Shown here: positions 56,116 to 64,000 of the stretch, piece after piece
Numbering within the stretch: the stretch's first letter is position 1
How the letters are laid out: each line of letters opens with the position of its first letter
Source of the DNA: a bacterium
GTDB taxonomy: Bacteria; UBA8248
NCBI GenBank assembly: GCA_965204535.1
Contig: CBDBEV010000001.1
Location: 928,001 to 992,000 of the forward strand
Length of the DNA stretch: 64,000 bases
Direction of reading: 5' to 3'
Position numbers and translations under genes: made by a program
Notes under the pieces: model-generated
Seen by the model: the letters and a program-made list of their open reading frames with translations, nothing else
Databases searched by the model: none
Told to the model about the DNA's origin: nothing

Positions 56116-57120
56116 TTACTTGATCCGGCTGATTATCTCGCGGCCCCATGCCCGGATGAAGGCGGGCTTGTCGTGAACGTGGGCGGCGATCCTCAAGTTC
56201 TCGACGCCGGTCGCCTTCATGGCCTCGATCTGCTTTCTGCATTCGGCGGGGTTGCCGGCGATGGCGAAGCGATCGAGCAGGTATTCGCGGAGACCGAGCC
56301 CGTCCACGAGTTCCGCGTTCGTCTGCTTGTCCACCATCTCGTGTTCGTGGAACGCGTATCCTTGCTTGAGGGCTTCGACGGCGGAGAGGAGTTCCTTGGG
56401 AATCCGCTTGCCCTCCGTCGTGAAGCGAAAGGCGTGGTGCGCGCTGGCGGCCAGGGCCATGCGGATCTCCTCGCGCGCTTGCTCGCCGTCTTCTCGCACG
56501 TTCACCTTCGCCAGCCACCAGATGTCGAGATCGTCCACCTTGCGGCCTGATTTTTTCGCGCCTTCCTCGAGCCAGGTGAGGGAATCCGCCGCCACTTCGG
56601 GGGTGAGGCCGCATCCGATGGTGACGCCGTCCGCTATCTCGCCCGCAAGACGGATGGTGCGCGGCCCTTCGGCGGCGATGTAAAGGGGAACCCGCTTTTT
56701 GTGCCAGTTCAGCGCGCAGGGGTTTCCCCGGTAGGTCGCGGCGCCCTCCTCTAACATCCCGCGCACCGCGAGAACGTAATCGCGCACCTCGTCCACGCGG
56801 CTTGGGCGCAGGCCCAGGTTCAGGACGGCGCTGTCCCCCGTGGCGATCCCGAACAGCGCGCGCCCGCCCGAGAACTCATCCACCGTGGCGATGGCGCTCG
56901 CCGCCGTCGCCGGGTGCCGCGTGAGCGGATTCGTGACGTTGGGGCCCAGCAGGACGCGCGAGGTGTTCGCCGCGCAGATGGCGCACGAGACGTAAAGCTC
57001 CCGGTAGAGGGATTGCGAGTCTGGCACCCAGATGACGTCGAAACCCGCTTCTTCCGAGAGTCGGCACCAGTGCGCGTAGGTCTCGGGCGCGGGAGGCAGC
57101 ATGGCGATTCCGTGTTTCAT
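56116..57120 (-). CDS. LLM-class oxidoreductase, tandem paralog
   Basis: Same motifs as the neighbouring gene. Confidence 0.88.
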   Translation of the reverse strand: MKHGIAMLPPAPETYAHWCRLSEEAGFDVIWVPDSQSLYRELYVSCAICAANTSRVLLGPNVTNPLTRHPATAASAIATVDEFSGGRALFGIATGDSAVLNLGLRPSRVDEVRDYVLAVRGMLEEGAATYRGNPCALNWHKKRVPLYIAAEGPRTIRLAGEIADGVTIGCGLTPEVAADSLTWLEEGAKKSGRKVDDLDIWWLAKVNVREDGEQAREEIRMALAASAHHAFRFTTEGKRIPKELLSAVEALKQGYAFHEHEMVDKQTNAELVDGLGLREYLLDRFAIAGNPAECRKQIEAMKATGVENLRIAAHVHDKPAFIRAWGREIISRIK

Positions 57121-57132
57121 GCGTAAAATCTA

Positions 57133-58038
57133 CTATTCTGAAATTCTCACCTGCACGCCGCCCGCGCGTTCTTCCTGGAGCGTCATGGCGCGCCTCGCGT
57201 CATCATCCCCCCAGCCGCGGTTGAGACCTGAGATGAGTTCCCCGTAGGCGATGTTGCCTATCGTCATGGGTACGTCGTGCTCGCGGGCGAGTTCAAGCGC
57301 GAGCCCGACGTCTTTTACCGCGCCCTTGATGGGAAAGTGCGGCTCGTCGAATTTCCCCTTGAAGAATGTCTCGTAGAAGACAAAGTTGAAGTGCACGGCC
57401 CGGCCCACCGCGCTGTTTTTGATCACCTCGGCCAGTACAGCGGGGTCCGCCCCCGCCTTGACGCCCAGGGTGTAGCATTCCGCCGCGATGGCTTGAATGC
57501 CGTAGCTCAGGCAGTTGTGGGCGAGCTTGCAAACGGCGCCGGTGCCGATGGGGCCGGTATAGGAGGGCCGGTCTCCGAAGGCTTCGAAGAGGGGCTTGCA
57601 GCGCTCATATACTTCCTCTTCTCCCCCCACTATGACGGCGAGGCGCCCCGTGTTCGCGCCGATGGTGGAGCCGCTCACGGGGGCTTCGAGCATGTGTGCG
57701 CCGGCTTCCGTGAACTTTTCGTGGATGCGCCGGACGACGGCGGGATATACCGTGCTCAAGTCGACGTAGACTTTCCCCGCGCTGATGCCTGCAAGAATCC
57801 CGTTCGGCCCCGTGGCGACGCTCTCCACCTCTTTGGGTCCCGGCAGCGATGTGAAGACGATCTCACTCGCGCGGGCCACCTCTTCGGGAGTATCCGCCCA
57901 GAGCGCGCCTCGCTCGATGTGATCCGCCGCGGCCTCACGGACGATGTCGTGAACGACGAGTTCATAACCCGCCTTCTGGAGGTTGGCCGCCATGCCTGCC
58001 CCCATGTTTCCCAATCCGATAAATCCGATTTTCATCAT
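57133..58038 (-). CDS. 3-hydroxyisobutyrate dehydrogenase-family oxidoreductase
   Basis: IGFIGLGNMG, EAPVSG, GAVCKLAHN. Confidence 0.88.
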   Translation of the reverse strand: MMKIGFIGLGNMGAGMAANLQKAGYELVVHDIVREAAADHIERGALWADTPEEVARASEIVFTSLPGPKEVESVATGPNGILAGISAGKVYVDLSTVYPAVVRRIHEKFTEAGAHMLEAPVSGSTIGANTGRLAVIVGGEEEVYERCKPLFEAFGDRPSYTGPIGTGAVCKLAHNCLSYGIQAIAAECYTLGVKAGADPAVLAEVIKNSAVGRAVHFNFVFYETFFKGKFDEPHFPIKGAVKDVGLALELAREHDVPMTIGNIAYGELISGLNRGWGDDDARRAMTLQEERAGGVQVRISE

Positions 58039-58244
58039 CTGTCCCTTTTTGGATTGCGAATTTCGCGGAATCGCATCTCGGTCGTTTCAGGCTCCGCACT
58101 TTTGAGACTATGAGTGGAGAACCTGTAAAATAAATGCAATCCATTCCAAAAACAAGCTATGATGAAGCGAACGCCGTCAATCACCGATAACGCGACCGGA
58201 ACGAAACGGCGGTGAAAAGGTGGAACCAACCTGGAGACGGGAAA

Positions 58245-58718
58245 ATGATGACGCAGGAATCTTTTATGAGAAGGGCGATATCGCTCGCTTCTCAAAACGT
58301 GCGGGATGGGCTCGGCGGGCCTTTCGGGTCGGTCGTCGTCAAGGACGGGGAGATTATCGGCGAGGGCGTGAACCGGGTGACGTCTTCTTGCGACCCCACC
58401 GCGCATGCCGAGATGCTCGCCATACGGGCGGCGAGTGCGAAACTCAGCAATTTCGATCTGTCCGGCTGTGAGATATACACGAGCTGTGAGCCTTGCCCCA
58501 TGTGCCTGAGCGCCATTTACTGGGCGAGAATCGATCGCATGTTTTACGGGAACACCATCGTCGAGGCCGATGCGATCGGGTTTTCCGATGAATTTCTCTA
58601 CAAGGAAATCGCTCTGCCGGTCGCTGAAAGAAAACTCGAAGCAACGCGGCTCCTGGAAGATGAAGCGCTCGAATCCTTCAATCTGTGGACGAAGATGGAG
58701 GGCAAGATTTCCTACTAG
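58245..58718 (+). CDS. guanine deaminase-like nucleoside deaminase (CDA fold)
   Basis: GGPFG, DPTAHAE, SCEPCPMC, AIYWA. Confidence 0.9.
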   Translation: MMTQESFMRRAISLASQNVRDGLGGPFGSVVVKDGEIIGEGVNRVTSSCDPTAHAEMLAIRAASAKLSNFDLSGCEIYTSCEPCPMCLSAIYWARIDRMFYGNTIVEADAIGFSDEFLYKEIALPVAERKLEATRLLEDEALESFNLWTKMEGKISY

Positions 58719-58865
58719 GGCTCATTTTGAAGGGTGTCTTCCTTTCCCGCCGAAGTCCAGGCTTCTTCGAAAATAGCTTCTCCCTTGTTCAAGGCTCCCA
58801 TGATTGGGGTTGTTGCCCCTATCGAGAGTGTTCATCGTCATTCCGGTGTCAGACCCGACCAATGC

Positions 58866-59218
58866 GGGGTTGTTGAAAAACCCCGATTAACGAGAATTTG
58901 ACTCGTCCAATGAAAGAGCAAGATTCACTCCCCCCTTGAGGGTCTGGCTTCCCGAGGGGAAAGCCAGACGATGAAGCCGAGCGGTTTGTGCGAAGGCTGA
59001 ATCGGTGGGGGGTGAATCTCGTTTTATCGCCATTCCGAATTATACCCCCCACCGAATCGCTTGCGGGCTTACGCCCTTAGCTCTTCGACTCCCCCTCAAG
59101 GGGGGAGTGATTACGGACTGGCGCGGTGGTTCTGTAGGGACAGGTCGCGACCTGTCCCTACGGTAAACCATTAGATGATCGGGATGCCCTCCCCGACGAG
59201 GGCTTTTTCAACAACCCC
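58866..59218. mobile_element. MITE-like element with perfect 15-bp TIR
   Basis: GGGGTTGTTGAAAAA ... TTTTTCAACAACCCC; encloses the ~190-bp palindromic unit and a REP at 59134-59161. Confidence 0.78.
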
Positions 59219-59247
59219 TGATTTGGCAAGCGGCTCTTTCTTCGCCG

Positions 59248-59745
59248 TTATGAAATCTCTTTGGGCGCGGTTTCGCCTTTCTCCAGAACGACGATCCGCT
59301 CCTCGAGCTTTGGCGGCGTCATCAGCGTGTTGTGGATGGGGCAGTTTTCGAGTTCATTGAGCAGTTCCGCCTTTTGTTCTTCCGTTACGTCACCGTGGAT
59401 GTAATAGCTCGTGCGGATGACGCCGATGGAGAGTTTTCTCCGCTCGGGGTCCGCGTGGTAATCCGCGTGAAACTTTGGCGATATGTTCCGCTTGAACTCT
59501 GCATGGACTTCCACGTCGTCGATCTGGATGCCCTTGGCTTTCGCTGCTCCCAGCAGCGTGTAGAGGCCTCAGCCCGCATGCCCTGCGATGAAGAACTCGA
59601 ACGGCGTGGCGGCGAGGTCCGTGCCGCCCCGGGTTTCGGGCTCGTCGAGCACGTAGGAGTGCTTGCCCGTGGTGGTGAACATCTGGAGCTGCGTGCCCTG
59701 GATGTGGCGGAGGATGACTTGCGGCGTGTTCGGTCTTTCCGGCAT
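59248..59745 (-). CDS. OsmC/Ohr-like selenoprotein
   Basis: LDEP..GGTD..TPFE..AGHAG-U-GLYTL with in-frame TGA 59571-59569; resolving CPIHNTL; hairpin at 59558-59542; GAGGAG RBS. Confidence 0.87.
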
Positions 59746-59879
59746 GAAGATGACTCCTCGATTACGTTGTGGTTTATTTGTCGGTGCGGTGGATTCTAGC
59801 AAAGATGCGGGCGGGATTCTTCCCGCAAAAATGTATCGCTTCGCAGCGCGCGTACTCATTCAAAAAGGGGGAGGGTATT

Positions 59880-60074
59880 TTGAGCTTTCATCATGCCAGA
59901 GAGGTTTTCGCCGAGATGCTCGATTCGGTGAGCGCGGAGGAAGAACCCGAGAAGCACCGGCTCTACCATGGCCTCACGCTGCTCGCCGAGGGATTCGAGT
60001 ACGACTTCAACATGATCAAGAACAGGCTCCAGCAACTCGAAATCGAGATGCGTAAACTGGAGGCCAAGGACTAA
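59880..60074 (+). CDS. small hypothetical coiled-coil protein
   Basis: GGGGAGG before TTG 59880; 64 aa; followed by a terminator. Confidence 0.55.
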   Translation: MSFHHAREVFAEMLDSVSAEEEPEKHRLYHGLTLLAEGFEYDFNMIKNRLQQLEIEMRKLEAKD

Positions 60075-60077
60075 CCC

Positions 60078-60117
60078 AAAAAAGAAGAGCGGGACGTTGC
60101 ATCCCGCTCTCTTTTGT
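60078..60117. terminator. bidirectional intrinsic terminator
   Basis: A run, GAGCGGGA-loop-TCCCGCTC, T run. Confidence 0.7.
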
Positions 60118-60513
60118 TGCTTTTTCTCGGGTGAGAACTCGTCTCACCCTGCAAAGGCGTTGTGACGCCTTTATTAGCGCATCAGCCTTTGTCTTCCTCC
60201 CCGCCCGGCTGATGCGATGGGGCCGGGGAGGATGGCGTTTCCGCACGGCTGAAGCGATTTATCGTAGATATCATCGCATCCTCCTTCTGTTGAAGGGTCT
60301 CCGCAAACCGGCCCGGAGCCGCTTCCTGTGTCGGCTCCTCACCGCCTCACCCGGCTGTCGCCGAGGACCACCTGAGATGGCTCGTCCGCATCGATCGTCA
60401 AGGCGCCTGGGACGTCTCGGCGGCGATATTCCGGTTCCTTCAATATCGGTATTTTGTTCTGAAAAAGCAAATTTTTTGATCACCAGAAATTCAAGTATCT
60501 GAAAAGAGAGGCC

Positions 60514-61809
60514 TTAAAAGTTCGAGGACTCAGGCGTTTCGGTGGAGGCGCTCGATTTCGTCATTTTCTCCGGCGACGGCGCCTTGGCGAGATTCAAATC
60601 CAGGGCCTTGGGCTCCGCGCTCAGGAACTCGAGACCGTTCGGCAGGTCGATGTCGCGGCCCGACAGCGTGCGCGAATGCGCGCCGGGCGTCATTTTGGCG
60701 AGGTTCACATTCACGCGCAGGCGGGTGGCGTCGATGTAATTGAGCAGGTCACGCCTGCCCCTGAGACGGATTTTGACTTCTTTCGCCGCATCTGCCGGAA
60801 GGGTGACGCCGCTCGGAACGTTGTAGTAATGGACCGGGACCCGGAATTCCTCCTCCACCTTGCTTTCGAGTTGCGGGAAGAAATTCTGCGGATTCTGGTT
60901 CTCCTGTCCCCCGAGCGACCAGAGGAATATCACGGCGGCCAGGGCGGCGAGCTTGGGCCGCCAGTTCACGAAAACATGGCGGAACGAGATGCGCCCTTTC
61001 GTCTGCCCTGCCTCGCGGGCCGCGCGCAGCCGCGTAGTGAGCCACGAGGCGAGTTCATCTTCGTTCTCCATCGTCTTGATGAGGCCGCCTTCCACGCAGG
61101 TGATCTCTCCGCGTTCCTCGGAGATGACGATCGCCAGGGCGTCGCATCGCTCCGTGATGCCGACCGCCGCCCGGTGGCGCGTACCGAACTCGGGCGGCAG
61201 GGCGTTGTTCTCCGAAAGGGGCAAAACGCATCCCACGCGCGAGACCTTGTTCTCGCGGACCACGGCGGCGCCGTCGTGGTAGGGCGCTCCCTTGAAGAAG
61301 ATGGTTTCCAGCAGTGCCGGCTGGATGTCCGCCTCGATCTCCTCGCCCGGGCTCCTCAGCAGGGAGTCGGTCAAATCCCGGTGCTCCACGACGATGATGG
61401 CGCCCATGTGCTTGGCCGCGAGCGAAAAAGCGGATTCGGCGATGGCGGCGACGCTCTCGTCCGGCAGGCGGATGCGCATCGCCCGGCGCAGGAGGATGGA
61501 GATTCTGCGCATCGGGTTGAGTTGAAAGAATATCTTCTGGATCTCTCCGTGGAAATTGATGAGAAACAGAATGAGCACGGCGATCCAGACAGCCCATAGC
61601 AGGAACGAGGTCAGGTGCAGACCCGCCGCCTGAGACGCGAGATAGATAAGCCACACCGCGAAAACGCGCACAAGGAGGCGCATCGCCTGGGTGCCCTTGA
61701 AGCGAATGTAGACCTGGTAGAGGAGGAACCACATGATCCCGATGTCGAGCATGTGGTTCCAGGAGAGGTTCTGGAAGAAATTCAAGGCCGGTTGAGCGAC
61801 GCCCCACAT
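60514..61809 (-). CDS. cdaA: membrane diadenylate cyclase fused to a YbbR (CdaR-like) domain
   Basis: 3 TM; HDGA and GTRHRAA catalytic motifs, ISEERG; then TM and VKIRLRG..DL YbbR-like segment. Confidence 0.85.
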   Translation of the reverse strand: MWGVAQPALNFFQNLSWNHMLDIGIMWFLLYQVYIRFKGTQAMRLLVRVFAVWLIYLASQAAGLHLTSFLLWAVWIAVLILFLINFHGEIQKIFFQLNPMRRISILLRRAMRIRLPDESVAAIAESAFSLAAKHMGAIIVVEHRDLTDSLLRSPGEEIEADIQPALLETIFFKGAPYHDGAAVVRENKVSRVGCVLPLSENNALPPEFGTRHRAAVGITERCDALAIVISEERGEITCVEGGLIKTMENEDELASWLTTRLRAAREAGQTKGRISFRHVFVNWRPKLAALAAVIFLWSLGGQENQNPQNFFPQLESKVEEEFRVPVHYYNVPSGVTLPADAAKEVKIRLRGRRDLLNYIDATRLRVNVNLAKMTPGAHSRTLSGRDIDLPNGLEFLSAEPKALDLNLAKAPSPEKMTKSSASTETPESSNF

Positions 61810-62019
61810 GAGATCAAACCTCGTCCGTGCTGTTATAGGGGCGGTCTTTTTGGCGCGGCGAATTCAGGCATTTACTGGGTGGCGGGCGAAGTATCCAGAA
61901 TTTGTAGACGCCGGGACCACCCGCATCGTCCGCAACTCCAGAATTTTCCGTAATTTACCGCATTTTCTTAAATTTTTCAATTAGCAAATTCAAAATTCCG
62001 CATAAAAAGACGCCAAATG

Positions 62020-62071
62020 CGCATTTCCCCGCATTTGCGCGGCCCGCCTTCGAGGCTCCTTGTCCTAGATT
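62020..62071 (+). promoter_or_regulatory. shared late-type promoter, copy D (capsid module)
   Basis: CGCATTTCCCCGCATTTGCG; CCCGCATTT 62028-62036, 29 nt, TAGATT 62066; extra CCGCAT half-sites at 61958 and 61998. Confidence 0.78.
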
Positions 62072-62166
62072 GTCGCGGTTGCACCCGCCACTTTTCACCA
62101 AGGCGACGGCTCCGGCGCATCGCCGGAAATCGAATTTCTGGAAGAACAGCGAGAAAGGAGTTTCCC

Positions 62167-64000
62167 TTGAAAAAATGGATGAACCGTATTTGGGCGCGCG
62201 CGGAGGCGCAGAAGGATTCTCATACTTTAAGGCTACATGGACACCTCATTCGCGCGGCGGCGAAAGAAGCGCAGCCGCCGGACGAAGCCTGGGATTTCGA
62301 CGTGCTGATCGCGCGGGCCGGCTACTCGAGGGACGGGGAGTGGTTCCTGCCCCGCGACGTTCTGCGCGAGGCCGCTCCCCTGTTCGAGGGCGCGCAGGCC
62401 TTTGCGAACCATACCGGGTCGAGCGGCCCCGATATCAAGAATCTGGTCGGCTGGCACCGTGAGGTACGCATGGGCGAGGAGGGGCTTTTGAGCACGTTTG
62501 CGGTTTCGCGCTCGGCAGCCTGGTTCCAGGCGCTGGCGCACGATGCGTTGGCGCGGGGCCTCGAGGAGCCCTTCGGCTTCTCTTTCGACGTCCTCGCGCA
62601 GGCGGAGTTCCGCGAGGAGGCCGACGCGCTCGTTTTGCATTTCGAAAAGATTCTGGCGGTCCATTCCGTCGACGTCGTGCACAAAGGCAAGCTCGGGGGC
62701 GGGATTCTGGGTCTCGCCGCTAATCATTCCATTCAATCGGAGGTGAAGATGTTCGAAAAACTCGGAAAGAAACTCAAAAGCGTGGCGCCCGAATCGGGCA
62801 AGAAGCTCGGCGATGCCTGGACGCCGCAAGAGTTCCTCGCGGCCTGTGAAGACGCGGGCCTCGAACTGGATTTGAAGAAGAAAGGAGAAAAGGCCAGGGA
62901 AGATGGAGCCGAAGCCGGGGCTGCTGCTCACGGAATGCTCGCCCGGAAACTCGCGGCCTCAACACTTCCCGAAGCCGTTCAGGAGAAGATGCGCGACCGG
63001 TTCAGGGACGGGAGCTTCACGGAGGAGGAAATCGAAGAGGCGATCCGGGTCGAGGCGGCCACGCTGGAAAAACTCACGGCGAGCGGCGCGCTTCGTGGTT
63101 TCGGTGCGAGTGCTGAGGTGATGCGAGACGAGGCGGACCGCAAGCGGGCGGCTCTCGACGGGCTTTGGAGTTCGCGCGAGGAGGTGGGCAACGGCGAGCG
63201 GCCCTACCGCTTCATGAGCGAGGCGTTTCAGGATTTCACGGGCCATCGCCTCACCCCGCGCCAGTTCTTCGCCGAGACGTTCCACTATCACCGCGCCGCC
63301 GAGGACCGGAACGGCGTGCGCCGCCTCTCCGCCTCCTTGGAGACGAGCACGTGGGGCGAGGCGTTCGGGGATTCGATCCGCCGCGCCATGCTGCGCGATT
63401 TCAGGGACGAGCGGTTCCACCAGTGGAAGAAGATCGTCTCCTCCATAGCGCCCGTCAAGGATTTCCGCACGAACCGCCGGGTGCGCGTCGGCGGCTACGG
63501 CGATCTGCAAACGGTCGCCGAGCAGGCCACCTATCCGGCGCTTACCTCCCCGACGGATGAGGAAGTGACGTACGCCGTTGCCAAGCGCGGCGGTGTGGAA
63601 GACCTCACCTGGGAGATGATCCAGAACGACGACATGGGCGCGATCCGCATGATCCCCCAGCGCCTCGCCCGCGCGGCCCAGCGCACCCTGAACGGCTTCG
63701 TGTTCGATTTCCTGGCCTCCAACGCCGACATCTACGACGGGGACGCGCTGTTCCACGCCAACCACAAGAACACCTCCGCGAACGCGCTCACGTACGAGAA
63801 CGCCGTCGCCGCCATCAAGGCGATGGGCCAGCAGACGTTTTACGGGGAAGAGGGCGTCGAAGTGGCGGCGCAGGCGCGGCCCAAATACTTCGTCCACCCC
63901 ACGGAACTGCTCGAAGAGGCGTTCGAGGTCACCCAGTCGCCCGTCAAGGTCGTCGAGGGCGGGAATTCCACCCAGCCGAGCGTCATCAACCGCCTGGGCG
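62167..64000 (+). CDS. prohead protease-scaffold-major capsid fusion (Mu gpT-like capsid), runs off the window
   Basis: Hand translation (absent from the ORF track): AAAGGAG then TTG 62167; LREAAPLFEGAQAFANH..FGFSFD..SVDVV protease-like region; VKDFRTNRRVRVGGYGDL, TWEMIQNDDMGAI, YDGDALFHANH capsid-like region; no stop seen. Confidence 0.85.
   Translation, partial: MKKWMNRIWARAEAQKDSHTLRLHGHLIRAAAKEAQPPDEAWDFDVLIARAGYSRDGEWFLPRDVLREAAPLFEGAQAFANHTGSSGPDIKNLVGWHREVRMGEEGLLSTFAVSRSAAWFQALAHDALARGLEEPFGFSFDVLAQAEFREEADALVLHFEKILAVHSVDVVHKGKLGGGILGLAANHSIQSEVKMFEKLGKKLKSVAPESGKKLGDAWTPQEFLAACEDAGLELDLKKKGEKAREDGAEAGAAAHGMLARKLAASTLPEAVQEKMRDRFRDGSFTEEEIEEAIRVEAATLEKLTASGALRGFGASAEVMRDEADRKRAALDGLWSSREEVGNGERPYRFMSEAFQDFTGHRLTPRQFFAETFHYHRAAEDRNGVRRLSASLETSTWGEAFGDSIRRAMLRDFRDERFHQWKKIVSSIAPVKDFRTNRRVRVGGYGDLQTVAEQATYPALTSPTDEEVTYAVAKRGGVEDLTWEMIQNDDMGAIRMIPQRLARAAQRTLNGFVFDFLASNADIYDGDALFHANHKNTSANALTYENAVAAIKAMGQQTFYGEEGVEVAAQARPKYFVHPTELLEEAFEVTQSPVKVVEGGNSTQPSVINRLG

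Noticed and set aside
60290-60443. glmS ribozyme, SRP RNA, 6S RNA or c-di-AMP riboswitch
   Set aside because: Only short resemblances (GCGCC..GACGAG, AGGAAGC); the core consensus elements are not present.
62167-64000. Encapsulin
   Set aside because: The fused protease and the co-regulated portal, terminase and lysis genes point to a DNA-packaging head.

Overview
GC-rich bacterial chromosome segment made mostly of metabolic genes: fumC, sodA, metF, gltBD with a divergent LysR regulator, amtB, cdaA, LLM oxidoreductases, a MaoC/acyl-CoA cluster, a CocE pair with a sugar-type ABC transporter, and tRNA-Lys and tRNA-Thr. AT-richer islets carry a type II R-M pair and HicBA-like and PIN toxin-antitoxin pairs. 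Main observation: a phage virion gene set is broken into four intact + strand modules spread over more than 34 kb among host genes, in phage late-operon order. The modules are lysis (29.8-31.0 kb), Mu gp26/gp27-like small terminase (31.9-32.8 kb), split large terminase plus portal (48.8-51.9 kb), and a protease-scaffold-major capsid fusion (62.2 kb to window end). Each is preceded by the same promoter-like signature: CCCGCATTT, exactly 29 nt, then TA(G/T)A(A/T)T. A candidate Xis/MerR-like activator operon lies just upstream (27.7-28.3 kb). This suggests a domesticated, co-regulated, gene-transfer-agent-like system (inference). Also seen: three unannotated selenoproteins (AhpD-like CxxU, UGSC, OsmC-like) with SECIS-like hairpins, a probable ATT start codon, a recurrent SOS-like operator, and a MITE family carrying variable REP cargo. 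All family assignments come from recognising motifs by eye; no searches were run.
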